Shown here piece by piece: positions 19,147-28,218 of a stretch of DNA of 32,000 nt. The DNA comes from an uncultured Actinomycetes bacterium. Lineage in GTDB: Bacteria; Actinomycetota; Actinomycetes; S36-B12; CAIYMF01. Numbering within the stretch: position 1 is the first letter of the stretch; each line of letters begins with the position of its first letter. The stretch covers positions 1,650,001-1,682,000 of the forward strand of contig CAWJMG010000003.1 of NCBI GenBank assembly GCA_963843975.1, written 5' to 3'. The notes under the pieces are model-generated. The model saw only the letters and a list, made by a program, of their open reading frames with translations. It did not search any database and had not been told where the DNA came from. Made by a program: the position numbers and the translations under genes.

Positions 19147-20526
19147 ATGACCCGACGACTGACCGCACCGCTCGCGGTGACGGCCGCGGCCGTCGCCGCC
19201 CTCGTCCTCGGCGCGCTGCCCGCGGGTGCCGCTGTCTCTCCCGGCGGGCCGACCGCGCCCCCCGCTCCCCCGACCTCCACCGTGCCGCTCGACGTCTACG
19301 AGTCGTACGTCGGCGCGCAGACGCGCATGGCCACGCTGCTGCCCTCGCGGGTGCGCTCGCTCACGGCGCTCGGCGCAGCACCGGGCATCCTCGTGACCGA
19401 CGCCGGCACGGGCGACACCACGTTCTCCTCCCGCGCCGGTGCGCCGATGCGGGGCGCGTCGACGACCAAGCTGCTCACCGCCGTGACCGCCCTGCACCAC
19501 CTCGGCACCGGCACGCGCTTCCCCACGGTCGTGCTCGACGGCCGTCGCCCGACCGAGATCGTGCTGCGCGGCGGCGGTGACCCGATGCTCACGAGCGCCC
19601 AGCTCTCCGGCCTCGCCCGCAGCACCGCGGCCCAGCTCGCGAGCCGGGCGCCCGCCGCAAGCGGAGCGCCGGGCACGGTGCCGTTCCGCATCACGGTCAA
19701 GGTCGACGAGACCCTGTTCCCGGCCTTCACCCGGCCCTCGGGCTGGCCGGCCGACTACGTGCCCTACGTCGTGGCGCCGGTGCGCCCGCTCATCCGCGAC
19801 CTGCGCAACAGCTGGGACTCCGGCAAGGACGCCGGCACGTACTTCGCCTCGCGCCTCGCGGCGGAGCTCGCCAAGGTGCTGCCGGGCCGCGCCGACCTCG
19901 CCGTCTCGGCGGCGTACTCCGGCAAGATGCCCGCGGCCGTGGGTGCGCCCGAGGTCGCACGGTTCGTCGGCAACACGAGCGGCTCGGCGCTGCGGCTCAT
20001 GCTGCTCGTCTCGGAGAACGACGTCGCCGAGATGCTGCTGCGCGACGCCGCGATCGCGGCGGGCGGCGACGGCTCGTGGACCTCGGCGCAGACCAACGCC
20101 CGGGCGACGATGACCGCGCTGGGCGTGGACGTCACCGGCTGGGTCTTCGAGGACGGCAGCGGCGTCTCGCGCACCGACCGCCTCACGGCGCGCGGGCTCG
20201 TGCAGCTGCTGCGCGCGGCCGAGTCGCCGGCGCACCCCGAACTCGCCCCCTTGCGCGGCTGGCTTCCGGTGGGCGGCGTGAGCGGCACGCTCAAGGCCCG
20301 CAACGGCCGGTTCAGCACCTCGCCCACGATCTGCGCGCGCGGCAAGGTGTTCGCCAAGACGGGCACCCTCTTCGACACCGTCGGCCTCGCCGGATACGCG
20401 GTCGGCCGCGACGGCAGGCTCAAGACCTTCGCCGTGCTGGTGCACCGCTCGGGCGAGAAGTACTCCAAGCTCACCGTGCGCCGCAGCGTCGACCGGATCG
20501 CCGCGACGGCGACCGGCTGCTACTGA
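19147..20526 (+). CDS. dacB: D-alanyl-D-alanine carboxypeptidase/endopeptidase, PBP4 (peptidase S13) family
   Basis: ATG 19147 with GAGGAG 8 nt upstream. It has a signal peptide and the three active-site motifs: SxxK (ASTTKLLT), SxN (VSENDVAE) and KTG (AKTGTL). Confidence 0.88.
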   Translation: MTRRLTAPLAVTAAAVAALVLGALPAGAAVSPGGPTAPPAPPTSTVPLDVYESYVGAQTRMATLLPSRVRSLTALGAAPGILVTDAGTGDTTFSSRAGAPMRGASTTKLLTAVTALHHLGTGTRFPTVVLDGRRPTEIVLRGGGDPMLTSAQLSGLARSTAAQLASRAPAASGAPGTVPFRITVKVDETLFPAFTRPSGWPADYVPYVVAPVRPLIRDLRNSWDSGKDAGTYFASRLAAELAKVLPGRADLAVSAAYSGKMPAAVGAPEVARFVGNTSGSALRLMLLVSENDVAEMLLRDAAIAAGGDGSWTSAQTNARATMTALGVDVTGWVFEDGSGVSRTDRLTARGLVQLLRAAESPAHPELAPLRGWLPVGGVSGTLKARNGRFSTSPTICARGKVFAKTGTLFDTVGLAGYAVGRDGRLKTFAVLVHRSGEKYSKLTVRRSVDRIAATATGCY

Positions 20527-20527
20527 C

Positions 20528-20581
20528 CCGATCTGGATGCCTCAGGGGCCCAGGAACGGGCCTCACCCGCATCCAGATCGG
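20528..20581. repeat. REP-like palindromic element, copy 2 (related to 2421..2473)
   Basis: Perfect 13-bp outer stem CCGATCTGGATGC / GCATCCAGATCGG. Inner stem GGCCC-aggaac-GGGCC. It starts 1 nt after the dacB TGA and lies between the convergent dacB and iclR-type genes. Confidence 0.7.
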
Positions 20582-20592
20582 ATACGGGCCGG

Positions 20593-21249
20593 TCAGCGCA
20601 GCGCGCGCGCGACCTCGCCGGCGGCGCGGAGCACCTTGGGGCCGACGTCGTCCAGCACGAGCTCCCCGAGCGCGAGCACGCCCACGGACGCCTCGATGCC
20701 GGCCACCCCCAGGAGCGGTGCGGCGACGCCGATGGCGCCGGGCTGCAGCTCGCCGGTGGACACGACCCAGCCCGGCTCGAACGGTCGGCCGCCGGTGGCC
20801 CGGGCCGCGAGCACGGCCTTGCCGCCCGCACCCCTGTCGAGCGCGTGACGGGCGCCGACGCGGTAGGCGACATGGAAGTCCGAGCGCGTCGGCTCGACCA
20901 CCGCGACGGCGAGCGCATCCGAGCCGTCGACGACGGTCAGGTGCGCCGTGGCGCCGACGGAGTCGGACAGGCGACGCAGCGCGGGCAGCGCTGCCTCGCG
21001 CAGCACCGGCTGCACCTGGCGCGCGAGCGCCAGGACGGCCATGCCGAGGCGGCAGCGGCCGTCGGTGCCGCGGCGCAGCAGCGCGTGCTGCTCCAGCGTG
21101 ACGACGAGCCGGTAGACGACGGTTCGGGAGACGCCCAGCCGGGCGGCGATCTCGGTGACGGTGAGGCCGTCCGACGCGTCGGACAGCAGCTCCAGGACTG
21201 ACAGCCCTCGATCGAGGGTCTGGCTGGTCTCTGCGACCACGCGATCCAC
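20593..21249 (-). CDS. IclR family transcriptional regulator
   Basis: 218 aa. N-terminal wHTH LDRGLSVLELLSDASDGLTVTEIAARLGVSRTVVYRLVVTL, and an IclR effector domain (HLTVVDG...AIGVAAPL). Confidence 0.88.
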   Translation of the reverse strand: MDRVVAETSQTLDRGLSVLELLSDASDGLTVTEIAARLGVSRTVVYRLVVTLEQHALLRRGTDGRCRLGMAVLALARQVQPVLREAALPALRRLSDSVGATAHLTVVDGSDALAVAVVEPTRSDFHVAYRVGARHALDRGAGGKAVLAARATGGRPFEPGWVVSTGELQPGAIGVAAPLLGVAGIEASVGVLALGELVLDDVGPKVLRAAGEVARALR

Positions 21250-21462
21250 CTCGGTCCCTCTGCTCGTGGTCCCTCGTGAGGACCCGTGTGCTCGGTGCCA
21301 CGACGGCGCAGGATGCGCCCTCGTCAGCAGGCCGGCCGGGCGACCGGTCCTTCACCACTCTGCCCCAGGTCGGCCCGGATCGGTCAATTCCCGGCGTCCG
21401 TTCTGCGACTCCTGGCCTAACGACAGCCGGTCGTGCGGGAGTTCCGCCCCGTACGTGGCGAA

Positions 21463-21496
21463 CCTCACGGACCCCGGCGTGCCGGGGGCCGTGAGG
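21463..21496 (-). terminator. Hairpin downstream of the hdeD-like gene
   Basis: CCTCACGG pairs with CCGTGAGG (8 bp) and CCCCGG pairs with CCGGGG (6 bp), separated by a single mismatch. It lies about 40 nt after the stop at 21535 on the minus strand. Confidence 0.5.
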
Positions 21497-21534
21497 CTCG
21501 TGGATCCGTGCTGCGCGCGCAGCGTCGCTGCAGG

Positions 21535-22103
21535 TCAGACGCCTGCGGCCTTCTTCACCTGGAAGGCGCCGACGATCTCGCTGACGCCGAGGACGATGAG
21601 CATGATGCCGGTGATCCAGACGATCACGCCGATGGTCGCCGGCCACACGAAGATGACGATCGCGCCGAGGATCCCGAGGATGCCGCCGGTGATCATCCAG
21701 CCGCGGCCCTCCATGCCCTTGCTCTGCAGCCCGACGATGAGCTCGGTGATGCCGCGGAAGAGCCAGGCGATGCCGATGAAGATCGCGAGGAGCGTCACCG
21801 AGTTGAGGAAGCTCTTGAACGCGAAGATCGCGAGCACGATCGACAGCAGGCCGGAGACGGCGAGCAGGCCGCGGTGGTCCTTCTGCGAGAAGGACTGCAC
21901 GATCTGGAAGATGCCGCTGATCAGCAGGTAGATGCCGAACAGCACGGCCAGCACGACGAGGCTCTGCTTGGTGAAGATCACCATGCCGAGGCCGAGCAGC
22001 AGCGTCAGGATGCCGAGGAACAGCAGCAGGCCCCAGTCCTGCCGAGGGCGGCGAGCATGTCCTTGTCGTCGAAGGACTCGGTGGTCTCGGTGGTCGCGGA
22101 CAT
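21535..22103 (-). pseudogene. DUF308/HdeD-family membrane protein with an apparent 1-nt deletion near codon 22
   Basis: ATG 22103 has a strong AAGGAGG Shine-Dalgarno 5 nt upstream and encodes MSATTETTESFDDKDMLAALG. The DUF308 body (DWGLLLFLGILTLLLGLG... with repeated G-x3-I-x2-G helices) lies in a different frame ending at 21535. The span is 569 nt, one short of a multiple of 3. Confidence 0.65.
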
Positions 22104-22243
22104 GCCGCCTCCTTGTGGTGCCCGAAAGGTGCACGGTGGGTCTGCGCACGACCGGCGGGCCGTACGTCGCATCCACAGTAGGGGCGCGCTCACGCACGGT
22201 CACGCACCGGAGCATCGCCGCGGCGCCCCGTGTCGTGCGTGCG

Positions 22244-23029
22244 CTACAGGCGGCCGGCCTCGTGCACCCGGCGCAGGAACTCCTGCGTCGCGGGCTCGCG
22301 CGGCTCGTGGATGACCTGCTCGGGCGTGCCGCGCTCGAGGATCTCGCCCCCGCGCAGGAAGCAGACCTCGTCCGCCACCTGCGTCGCGAAGCCCATCTCG
22401 TGCGTGGCGATGACCATCGTCATGCCCTCGCCGCGCAGGTCGCGCACCGCGGAGAGCACCTCGTTCACGAGCACCGGGTCGAGCGCCGAGGTGACCTCGT
22501 CGAAGAGCATGAGGCGCGGCTGGACGGCGAGCGCGCGCACGATGGCGACACGCTGCTGCTGGCCGCCGGAGAGGCGGTCGGGGTACTGCGCCGCCTTGTC
22601 CGCGAGGGTGAAGCGCTCGAGCAGCGTCATCGCGCGCGACTCGGCCTCCGCGGCGCCGACCCCGTGCACCTTGCGCAGCGCGAGCGTGATGTTGTCGAGC
22701 ACGCTCATGTGCGGGAAGAGGTTGAACGCCTGGAACACGATGCCGATGCGTCGGCGTACGTCGTCGACGTCGACCCGGGGGTCGCAGACGTCGACGCCGT
22801 CGAACAGGATGAGGCCGTCGTCGACGCGCTCGAGCTGGTTGACGCAGCGCAGCAGCGTGGACTTGCCCGAGCCCGACGCACCGATGAGCACGGTGACCGA
22901 GTGCTCGGGGACCGTGAGCGAGACGTCGCGCAGCACCAGCTCGGTGCCGAAGCTCTTGCGCACGTTCTTCAGCTCGAGCACCGGCGGGACCACCGGCGTC
23001 GTGTCGGGCGACAACGCCTTCTCGCTCAT
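22244..23029 (-). CDS. Amino-acid ABC transporter ATP-binding protein
   Basis: 261 aa. Walker A GASGSGKST, signature LSGGQQQRV, Walker B LMLFDEVTSALD. GlnQ-like. Confidence 0.92.
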   Translation of the reverse strand: MSEKALSPDTTPVVPPVLELKNVRKSFGTELVLRDVSLTVPEHSVTVLIGASGSGKSTLLRCVNQLERVDDGLILFDGVDVCDPRVDVDDVRRRIGIVFQAFNLFPHMSVLDNITLALRKVHGVGAAEAESRAMTLLERFTLADKAAQYPDRLSGGQQQRVAIVRALAVQPRLMLFDEVTSALDPVLVNEVLSAVRDLRGEGMTMVIATHEMGFATQVADEVCFLRGGEILERGTPEQVIHEPREPATQEFLRRVHEAGRL

Positions 23030-23916
23030 GCCGTTCCGTTCGCGTTCTGCCGGGCGATCGACTTCTCGAGCACGCGGTCGGTGAAGCGCGTCAGCGGGAT
23101 CGTCACGATCAGGAACAGGATCGAGGCCACGACGTACGGCGTGTAGTTGAACGTCTTGGACGTGAGGACCTGCGCCTGGCGGATCACCTCGACGACACCG
23201 AGGATCGAGATGAGGCCGACGTCCTTGAGGAGCGCGACGAGGTCGTTGAGAAGCGGGGGCACGACACGGCGCAGAGCCTGCGGGAGCACGACGTGGCGCA
23301 TCGTCTGCGGCTGCGAGAGGCCGAGGCTGCGCGCGGCGGCGCGCTGGCTGGGGTGCACCGACAGGATGCCCGAGCGGATCACCTCGGCGACGTACGCGGC
23401 GTACGTGATGATCACGGCGGCTGTGCCAAGGCCGACCACAGGGATCGCCGTCTCGGTGAGGCGCAGCGCTGGGATGCCGAAGCCGATGAGGTAGATGACG
23501 AGAAGCAGCGGCGTGCCGCGGAAGACGTCGACGTAGACCGTCGCCAGGAAGCGCAGCGGTGCCAGCGCCGGCGAGGTGGAGGTGCGCATCAGCGCGAGGA
23601 TCATCCCGAGGATGCCGATGGCGACCGCGGCGATGACCCAGAGGATCAGGTTGAGCTTGAACGCCTCGAGCAGGAGCGGCAGGACCTGGAGGCCGTAGTC
23701 GACGTCGAAGAAGGTCTGGCGCACGACCGGCCAGCCCTTGGAGGTGCCGACGAGCACGGCGAGACCGCCGAGCACGACGACGGAGGACACCACGGCGACG
23801 AGAGCGCGCTTGCGCTCAGCGGCCTTGCGCACCTTGCGGCGCTCGAGCTCGTGCTCGCTGGGCGTCCAGACGGGCCCGGCCGAGGAGGCCGGGCCCGTCT
23901 GCTGGTGCTGTGTCAC
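23026..23916 (-). CDS. Amino-acid ABC transporter permease
   Basis: His/Glu/Gln/Arg-type permease core (AARSLGLSQPQTMRHVVLPQALRRVVPPLLN). GTG 23916 overlaps the binding-protein stop (GTGA). Its own stop overlaps the ATPase ATG (ATGA). Confidence 0.88.
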   Translation of the reverse strand: MTQHQQTGPASSAGPVWTPSEHELERRKVRKAAERKRALVAVVSSVVVLGGLAVLVGTSKGWPVVRQTFFDVDYGLQVLPLLLEAFKLNLILWVIAAVAIGILGMILALMRTSTSPALAPLRFLATVYVDVFRGTPLLLVIYLIGFGIPALRLTETAIPVVGLGTAAVIITYAAYVAEVIRSGILSVHPSQRAAARSLGLSQPQTMRHVVLPQALRRVVPPLLNDLVALLKDVGLISILGVVEVIRQAQVLTSKTFNYTPYVVASILFLIVTIPLTRFTDRVLEKSIARQNANGTA

Positions 23917-24815
23917 GGAGCCAGGACAGGAGCGCCCTGGTTGGCGAGCCACTCGGTCTCGAGCTTCGCCAGCGTGCCGTCCTCACGGAGGGCGTCGACG
24001 GCGCCGGTCACGCACTGCGTGAGCGGGCTGTCCTTGGCGAGCAGGAGGCCGAGCTGCTCCTTCTGGTCGGCCGAGTCGGGCAGCTGCCCGACGATGAGGC
24101 CGTTGTCGATCTCCACCGCGGTCAGGTAGAACGCCGTCGGCAGGTCGACGACGATGCCGTCGATCTGGCGGTTCTTCAGCGCCGTCACGGCAGCCGCGTT
24201 GTCGTTGAAGACCTGGGCCTTCTCGGTCGGCTGGATCTGCGTGTCGATCGCGTCGAGCGACGTGGTGCCGACAGCGGCGCCGAGACGGGCGCCCTTCAAG
24301 TCGGCGATCGACTTCGCGTTCTCGATCTTGCTGCCCTTGTTGGTGATGACCGTCTGGGTCAGCGCGTAGTAGCCCGAGGAGAAGTCCACGGCCTTCTTGC
24401 GGTCCTCGGTGATCGAGAACTGCTGGATGTTGAAGTCGAAGGTCTTCGGGCCCGGGGCGATGGCGCCGTCGAACGTGGTGCGGATCCAGCTGACGGCCGA
24501 CTTGTCGTAGCCGAGCTGCTCGGCGACGGCGTACGCCACGGCGGACTCGAAGCCCTTGCCGCTGGTGGGGTCGTCGTCGAGGACCCACGGCGGGAAGGCC
24601 GGGTCGCCGGTGGCGATGACGAGCTGCTTGGGCACGAGGGTCTGGAGCGAGTCGGGCGAGCAGGTGGCCGTCGGCGACGCGGACTCGGTGGCGGACTCCG
24701 AGGCGGTGGCAGCGGCGGACGAGCTCGTCGAGTCGCCCGAGCCCGAGCTGCTGCCGCAGGCCGCGAGCAGCAGGGCTGCAGCGACCGGGACGAGCACGAG
24801 ACGGGTACGACGCAC
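23913..24815 (-). CDS. Amino-acid ABC transporter substrate-binding lipoprotein
   Basis: GTG 24815 with GGAGG 9 nt upstream. Lipobox LLLAAC followed by a Ser-rich linker. Family-3 solute-binding fold motifs (FDFNIQQFSIT, DGIVVDLPTA). Confidence 0.85.
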   Translation of the reverse strand: MRRTRLVLVPVAAALLLAACGSSSGSGDSTSSSAAATASESATESASPTATCSPDSLQTLVPKQLVIATGDPAFPPWVLDDDPTSGKGFESAVAYAVAEQLGYDKSAVSWIRTTFDGAIAPGPKTFDFNIQQFSITEDRKKAVDFSSGYYALTQTVITNKGSKIENAKSIADLKGARLGAAVGTTSLDAIDTQIQPTEKAQVFNDNAAAVTALKNRQIDGIVVDLPTAFYLTAVEIDNGLIVGQLPDSADQKEQLGLLLAKDSPLTQCVTGAVDALREDGTLAKLETEWLANQGAPVLAP

Positions 24816-24927
24816 GGTGAGAACCTCCACGTGTGCGCGGGGGCTGTCCCCGCGCCTGCGGGCATTCTGCCAAAGCGCGGACGGTCGGCCGACCGCGGAG
24901 GTCGATGCCCCTGCCTGCGACCCGGTT

Positions 24928-24946
24928 CCGATACCCAACCGATACC
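24928..24946. repeat. Tandem direct 8-mers CCGATACC-caa-CCGATACC (11-nt period) upstream of the ABC operon
   Basis: Two exact copies at 24928-24935 and 24939-24946. They lie about 115-130 nt upstream of the binding-protein start on the minus strand. Confidence 0.6.
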
Positions 24947-24964
24947 TGGAAAGCGCCTGCCGAA

Positions 24965-25008
24965 CCGCCTACCGGCGGCCGTCTTCCCGCGCCGCCTACC
25001 GGCGGCCG
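24965..25008. repeat. 27-nt-period tandem duplication spanning the helicase stop codon
   Basis: The 17-mer CCGCCTACCGGCGGCCG occurs at 24965-24981 and 24992-25008. On the minus strand each copy reads GGCCGCCGGTAGGCGG, which gives two in-frame TAG codons 27 nt apart. Confidence 0.65.
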
Positions 25009-26726
25009 ACCGCCCAGGCCCTGACCATGTCGATGCGCGTCTGGAGCTCCGCCGCGCTCGCCCGCGGCACCTCGGGCCCACCGCACCTGCGGCGCAGGTC
25101 GGCGTGGACGCTCGCCTGCGACGTGCCGCTCTGGCGCGAGTACGCCGTCACGCAGGCGGCGAGCTCCTTCTTGAGCGCCCTGACGTCCACGGGAGCGGGC
25201 GCCTTCGGCTCGGCCTTCGCCGGCTTCTTCGTGCCCCGCGCCGAGCGCAGCAGGTCGTGCACCTGGTCGGCGTCGAGCAGACCGGGGATGCCGAGGAACT
25301 CCTCCTCCTCGGTCGTGCCCGGCGTGACGCCGGTGCCGAACTCGCCGCCGTCGAAGAGCACGCGGTCGAAGGTCGCCTCGCTCTCGAGCGCCTCGAACGA
25401 GAGCTGGTCGTCGTCGAGCAGGTCGGCGGTGCTGCGCTGCGCGAGCGCCTGGGCGATGAGGATGTCCTCCTCGCTCCAGGTGCCGTCGAGACGCTTGCCG
25501 AGGACGTGGTCGCGCTCCTCCTCGAGCTCGCCCGCGAGGCGCAGCAGCAGCGGCACGCTCGGCAGGAACACGCTCGCGGTCTCGCCGCGCCTGCGCGCGC
25601 GGACGAAGCGGCCGACGGCCTGCGCGAAGAACAGCGGCGTCGAGGTCGAGGTGGCGTAGACGCCGACCATGAGCCGGGGGACGTCGACACCCTCGGAGAC
25701 CATGCGCACCGCGACCATCCAGCGGTCGGTGGTCTCCCCGAACGCGCTGATCTTCTCGCCGGCCTTCGGGTCGTCCGACAGCACCACGGTGGGCTTGTGG
25801 CCCGTGATGCCGTGCAGCAGCTTCGCGTAGGCCCGCGCCTTGGTCTGGTCGCTCGCGATCACGAGGCCGCCGGCGTCCGGCACGTGCTTGCGCACCTCGG
25901 TGAGCCGACGGTCCGCGGCGCGCAGCACCTGCGGGATCCACTCGCCCTGCGGGTCGAGCGCGGTGCGCCACGCCTGCTGGGTGACGTCCTTGGCCTGGTC
26001 GGCGCCGAGCACCGCCGACACCTCGTCGCCGGCCCGCGTGCGCCAGCGCATGCGGCCGCTGTACGCCAGGAACATCACCGGTCGCACGACGTGGTCGCGC
26101 AGCGCGTCGCCGTACCCGTAGGTGGTGTCGGCGAAGCTGCGCGCGATGCCGTCGCGGCCGGGGGCGTAGGTGACGAACGGGATCGGGTTGACGTCGCTGC
26201 GGAACGGCGTGCCGGTGAGGGCGACACGGCGGGCCGCGGGCTCGAACGCCTCGCGCACCGACTCGCCCCACGACAGCGAGTCGCCGGCGTGGTGGACCTC
26301 GTCGAGGATCACGAGCGTCTTGCGGTCCTCGACGCGACGCCGGTAGAGCAGCGTGTTGGCCGCGACGCCGGCGTACGTGACCGCGATGCCGAGGTAGTCG
26401 CTGCTCGTCGTGCCGCGGGCGCCGGAGAAGTCGGGGTCGAGCGGGATACCGACCTTCGCCGCCGCCTGGGCCCACTGCGTCTTCAGGTGCTCGGTGGGCG
26501 CGACGACCACGATGCGCTCGACGATGCGCCGGTCGAGCAGCTCGGAGGCCAGGCGCAGGGCGTACGTCGTCTTGCCCGCACCGGGCGTCGCGACGGTCAG
26601 GAAGTCGCGCGGCTGGCGCGCGAGGTACTCGTCCACGGCCGCCTGCTGCCAGGCACGCAGCTTCTCGGCCGCACCGCGCGGGGCGCGCGCGGGGTAGGCC
26701 GGGGAGAGGTTCGAGGCGAGAGGCAT
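24996..26726 (-). CDS. Superfamily-2 DEAD/DEAH-box helicase (ResIII-type N-domain)
   Basis: 576 aa. Motif I TPGAGKT, motif II LDEVHH, and helicase-C motifs (VSEGVDVP, QAVGRFVR). ATG at 26726. Confidence 0.85.
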   Translation of the reverse strand: MPLASNLSPAYPARAPRGAAEKLRAWQQAAVDEYLARQPRDFLTVATPGAGKTTYALRLASELLDRRIVERIVVVAPTEHLKTQWAQAAAKVGIPLDPDFSGARGTTSSDYLGIAVTYAGVAANTLLYRRRVEDRKTLVILDEVHHAGDSLSWGESVREAFEPAARRVALTGTPFRSDVNPIPFVTYAPGRDGIARSFADTTYGYGDALRDHVVRPVMFLAYSGRMRWRTRAGDEVSAVLGADQAKDVTQQAWRTALDPQGEWIPQVLRAADRRLTEVRKHVPDAGGLVIASDQTKARAYAKLLHGITGHKPTVVLSDDPKAGEKISAFGETTDRWMVAVRMVSEGVDVPRLMVGVYATSTSTPLFFAQAVGRFVRARRRGETASVFLPSVPLLLRLAGELEEERDHVLGKRLDGTWSEEDILIAQALAQRSTADLLDDDQLSFEALESEATFDRVLFDGGEFGTGVTPGTTEEEEFLGIPGLLDADQVHDLLRSARGTKKPAKAEPKAPAPVDVRALKKELAACVTAYSRQSGTSQASVHADLRRRCGGPEVPRASAAELQTRIDMVRAWAVGRR

Positions 26727-26826
26727 AGGACGGCGAGACTAGGCGAGTACGGGTTCCGACATGCCGCGCCGGGTGGTGGGCGTGTCCGCCTCCGGACGTG
26801 CTAACGGACCCCGCGCGAGTCGCCCG

Positions 26827-28218
26827 TCAGGGGGTCGAAGGGGCGAGGGTGGGTCGGCCGATCCGCGTCGCGAGGACGGCACCGATGGCGGCGATCACGC
26901 CGAGGAGCAGCCAGATCTCGGCGAACGTCCAGCCCGTGACCGAGCCCGCGGCGACCGCGGCGGCGTAGATGGCCCCGGCGGCGCCGATGAGCACCACCGA
27001 GCCGACCGAGTCGCACACCTGCAGCGCGGCGGAGTTGGTGCCCTGGTCCTGCGGCTCGGACAGCTCGAGCGTCAAGGTCGCGATGGCGCCGAAGCACAGG
27101 CCCATGCCGCAGGCACCGATGAACCACGAGATGCCGGCGGTCCACCACGGCACCGACGGCAGCATCGCCAGCGGCACGGTGAGCATGCAGACGGCGGTGA
27201 GCGCCGCACCTGCCTGCACGAGCGCAGATCGAGGAACGCGGCCGTAGAGACGGCCCTGGGCCTGCGACCCGACGGCCCATCCCACCGCTCCCACGGTGAG
27301 GACGAGGCCCGCCATCACGGTGGGGACGCCGCGGACGGTCTGCAGCGCGAGCGGCACGAAGGCCTCGCCCGCGAAGAACGTGCCCGCGAGGACGCCGCGC
27401 ATCATGACGACGGTCGGCAGCCCGCGCGCGAAGCGCAGCGCACCGGGCGGCAGCAACCGGTTCAGCGCCGGCACCACGAGCGCGACACCGACGACGGCGA
27501 GGGCCAGGCCCACGACGCCCCTCCGGGTGCCTGCCTCCTGCAGCAGCGCGAGGCCCGCCGCCGCGACGACGGCGAGGCGCAGCCGGCCGGGCCTCGGCTC
27601 GCTGTCGCCGAGCGAGGCCCCGAGACGCGCGAGCCGCGGCGCCATCACGAGCATCGGCGGGATGACGAGGACGGGCACGAGCAGGAACACCGCGCGCCAC
27701 GAGATGTGGTCGGTGAGCAGCCCCGCGATGAACGGACCGACGATCGCGGGCAGCACCCACGCGGCGGCGAGCAGCGCGAACGCCTTGGGGCGGAGGTCGT
27801 CCGGGTACTGCCGTCCGATGACGACGTACACCGCGACGATGGCCATGCCGCCGCCGAGCCCCTGCACGAGCCGGCCCGCGACGAGGACCGGCATCGCCCA
27901 GGCGAGGCCGGCCACGACGGCGCCGAGGCCGAAGAGCGTGACGCCCAGCAGCAGCGCCGGCCGCGGACCCGAGCGGTCGCACCACTCCCCCGCCGCGACC
28001 ATCGCGACGAGGCTCGCGACGACGTACCCGTTGAAGGCCCAGGCGTACGAGCCGAGGCCGTCGAGCGCCCGCGCGACGACCGGCATCGCGGTGGCGACGC
28101 CGATGCCCTCGAAGGCGAACATCGTCATGACCGCGACGATGCCGACGGTGAAGGCGCGGTGGGTCGGCCCGAGCAGACCGCCGTCGTCAGCCGCCGCCGA
28201 CGCCTGCTGGGCGTCCAC
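26827..28218 (-). CDS. MFS transporter
   Basis: About 12-14 TM, with the loop motif GEWCDRSGPRP. There is no ATG, GTG or TTG in frame between the DUF3039 stop and GTG 28218, so 28218 was chosen. The upstream part of the 553-aa ORF is not coding for this gene. Confidence 0.75.
   Translation of the reverse strand: MDAQQASAAADDGGLLGPTHRAFTVGIVAVMTMFAFEGIGVATAMPVVARALDGLGSYAWAFNGYVVASLVAMVAAGEWCDRSGPRPALLLGVTLFGLGAVVAGLAWAMPVLVAGRLVQGLGGGMAIVAVYVVIGRQYPDDLRPKAFALLAAAWVLPAIVGPFIAGLLTDHISWRAVFLLVPVLVIPPMLVMAPRLARLGASLGDSEPRPGRLRLAVVAAAGLALLQEAGTRRGVVGLALAVVGVALVVPALNRLLPPGALRFARGLPTVVMMRGVLAGTFFAGEAFVPLALQTVRGVPTVMAGLVLTVGAVGWAVGSQAQGRLYGRVPRSALVQAGAALTAVCMLTVPLAMLPSVPWWTAGISWFIGACGMGLCFGAIATLTLELSEPQDQGTNSAALQVCDSVGSVVLIGAAGAIYAAAVAAGSVTGWTFAEIWLLLGVIAAIGAVLATRIGRPTLAPSTP

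Noticed and set aside
21276-21494. A 72-aa ORF in the 285-nt gap between the IclR gene and the hdeD-like gene
   Set aside because: It is an Arg/Pro/Thr-rich low-complexity product with no ribosome-binding site. It overlaps the hdeD terminator hairpin. The gap is better explained as terminator plus iclR promoter and leader.
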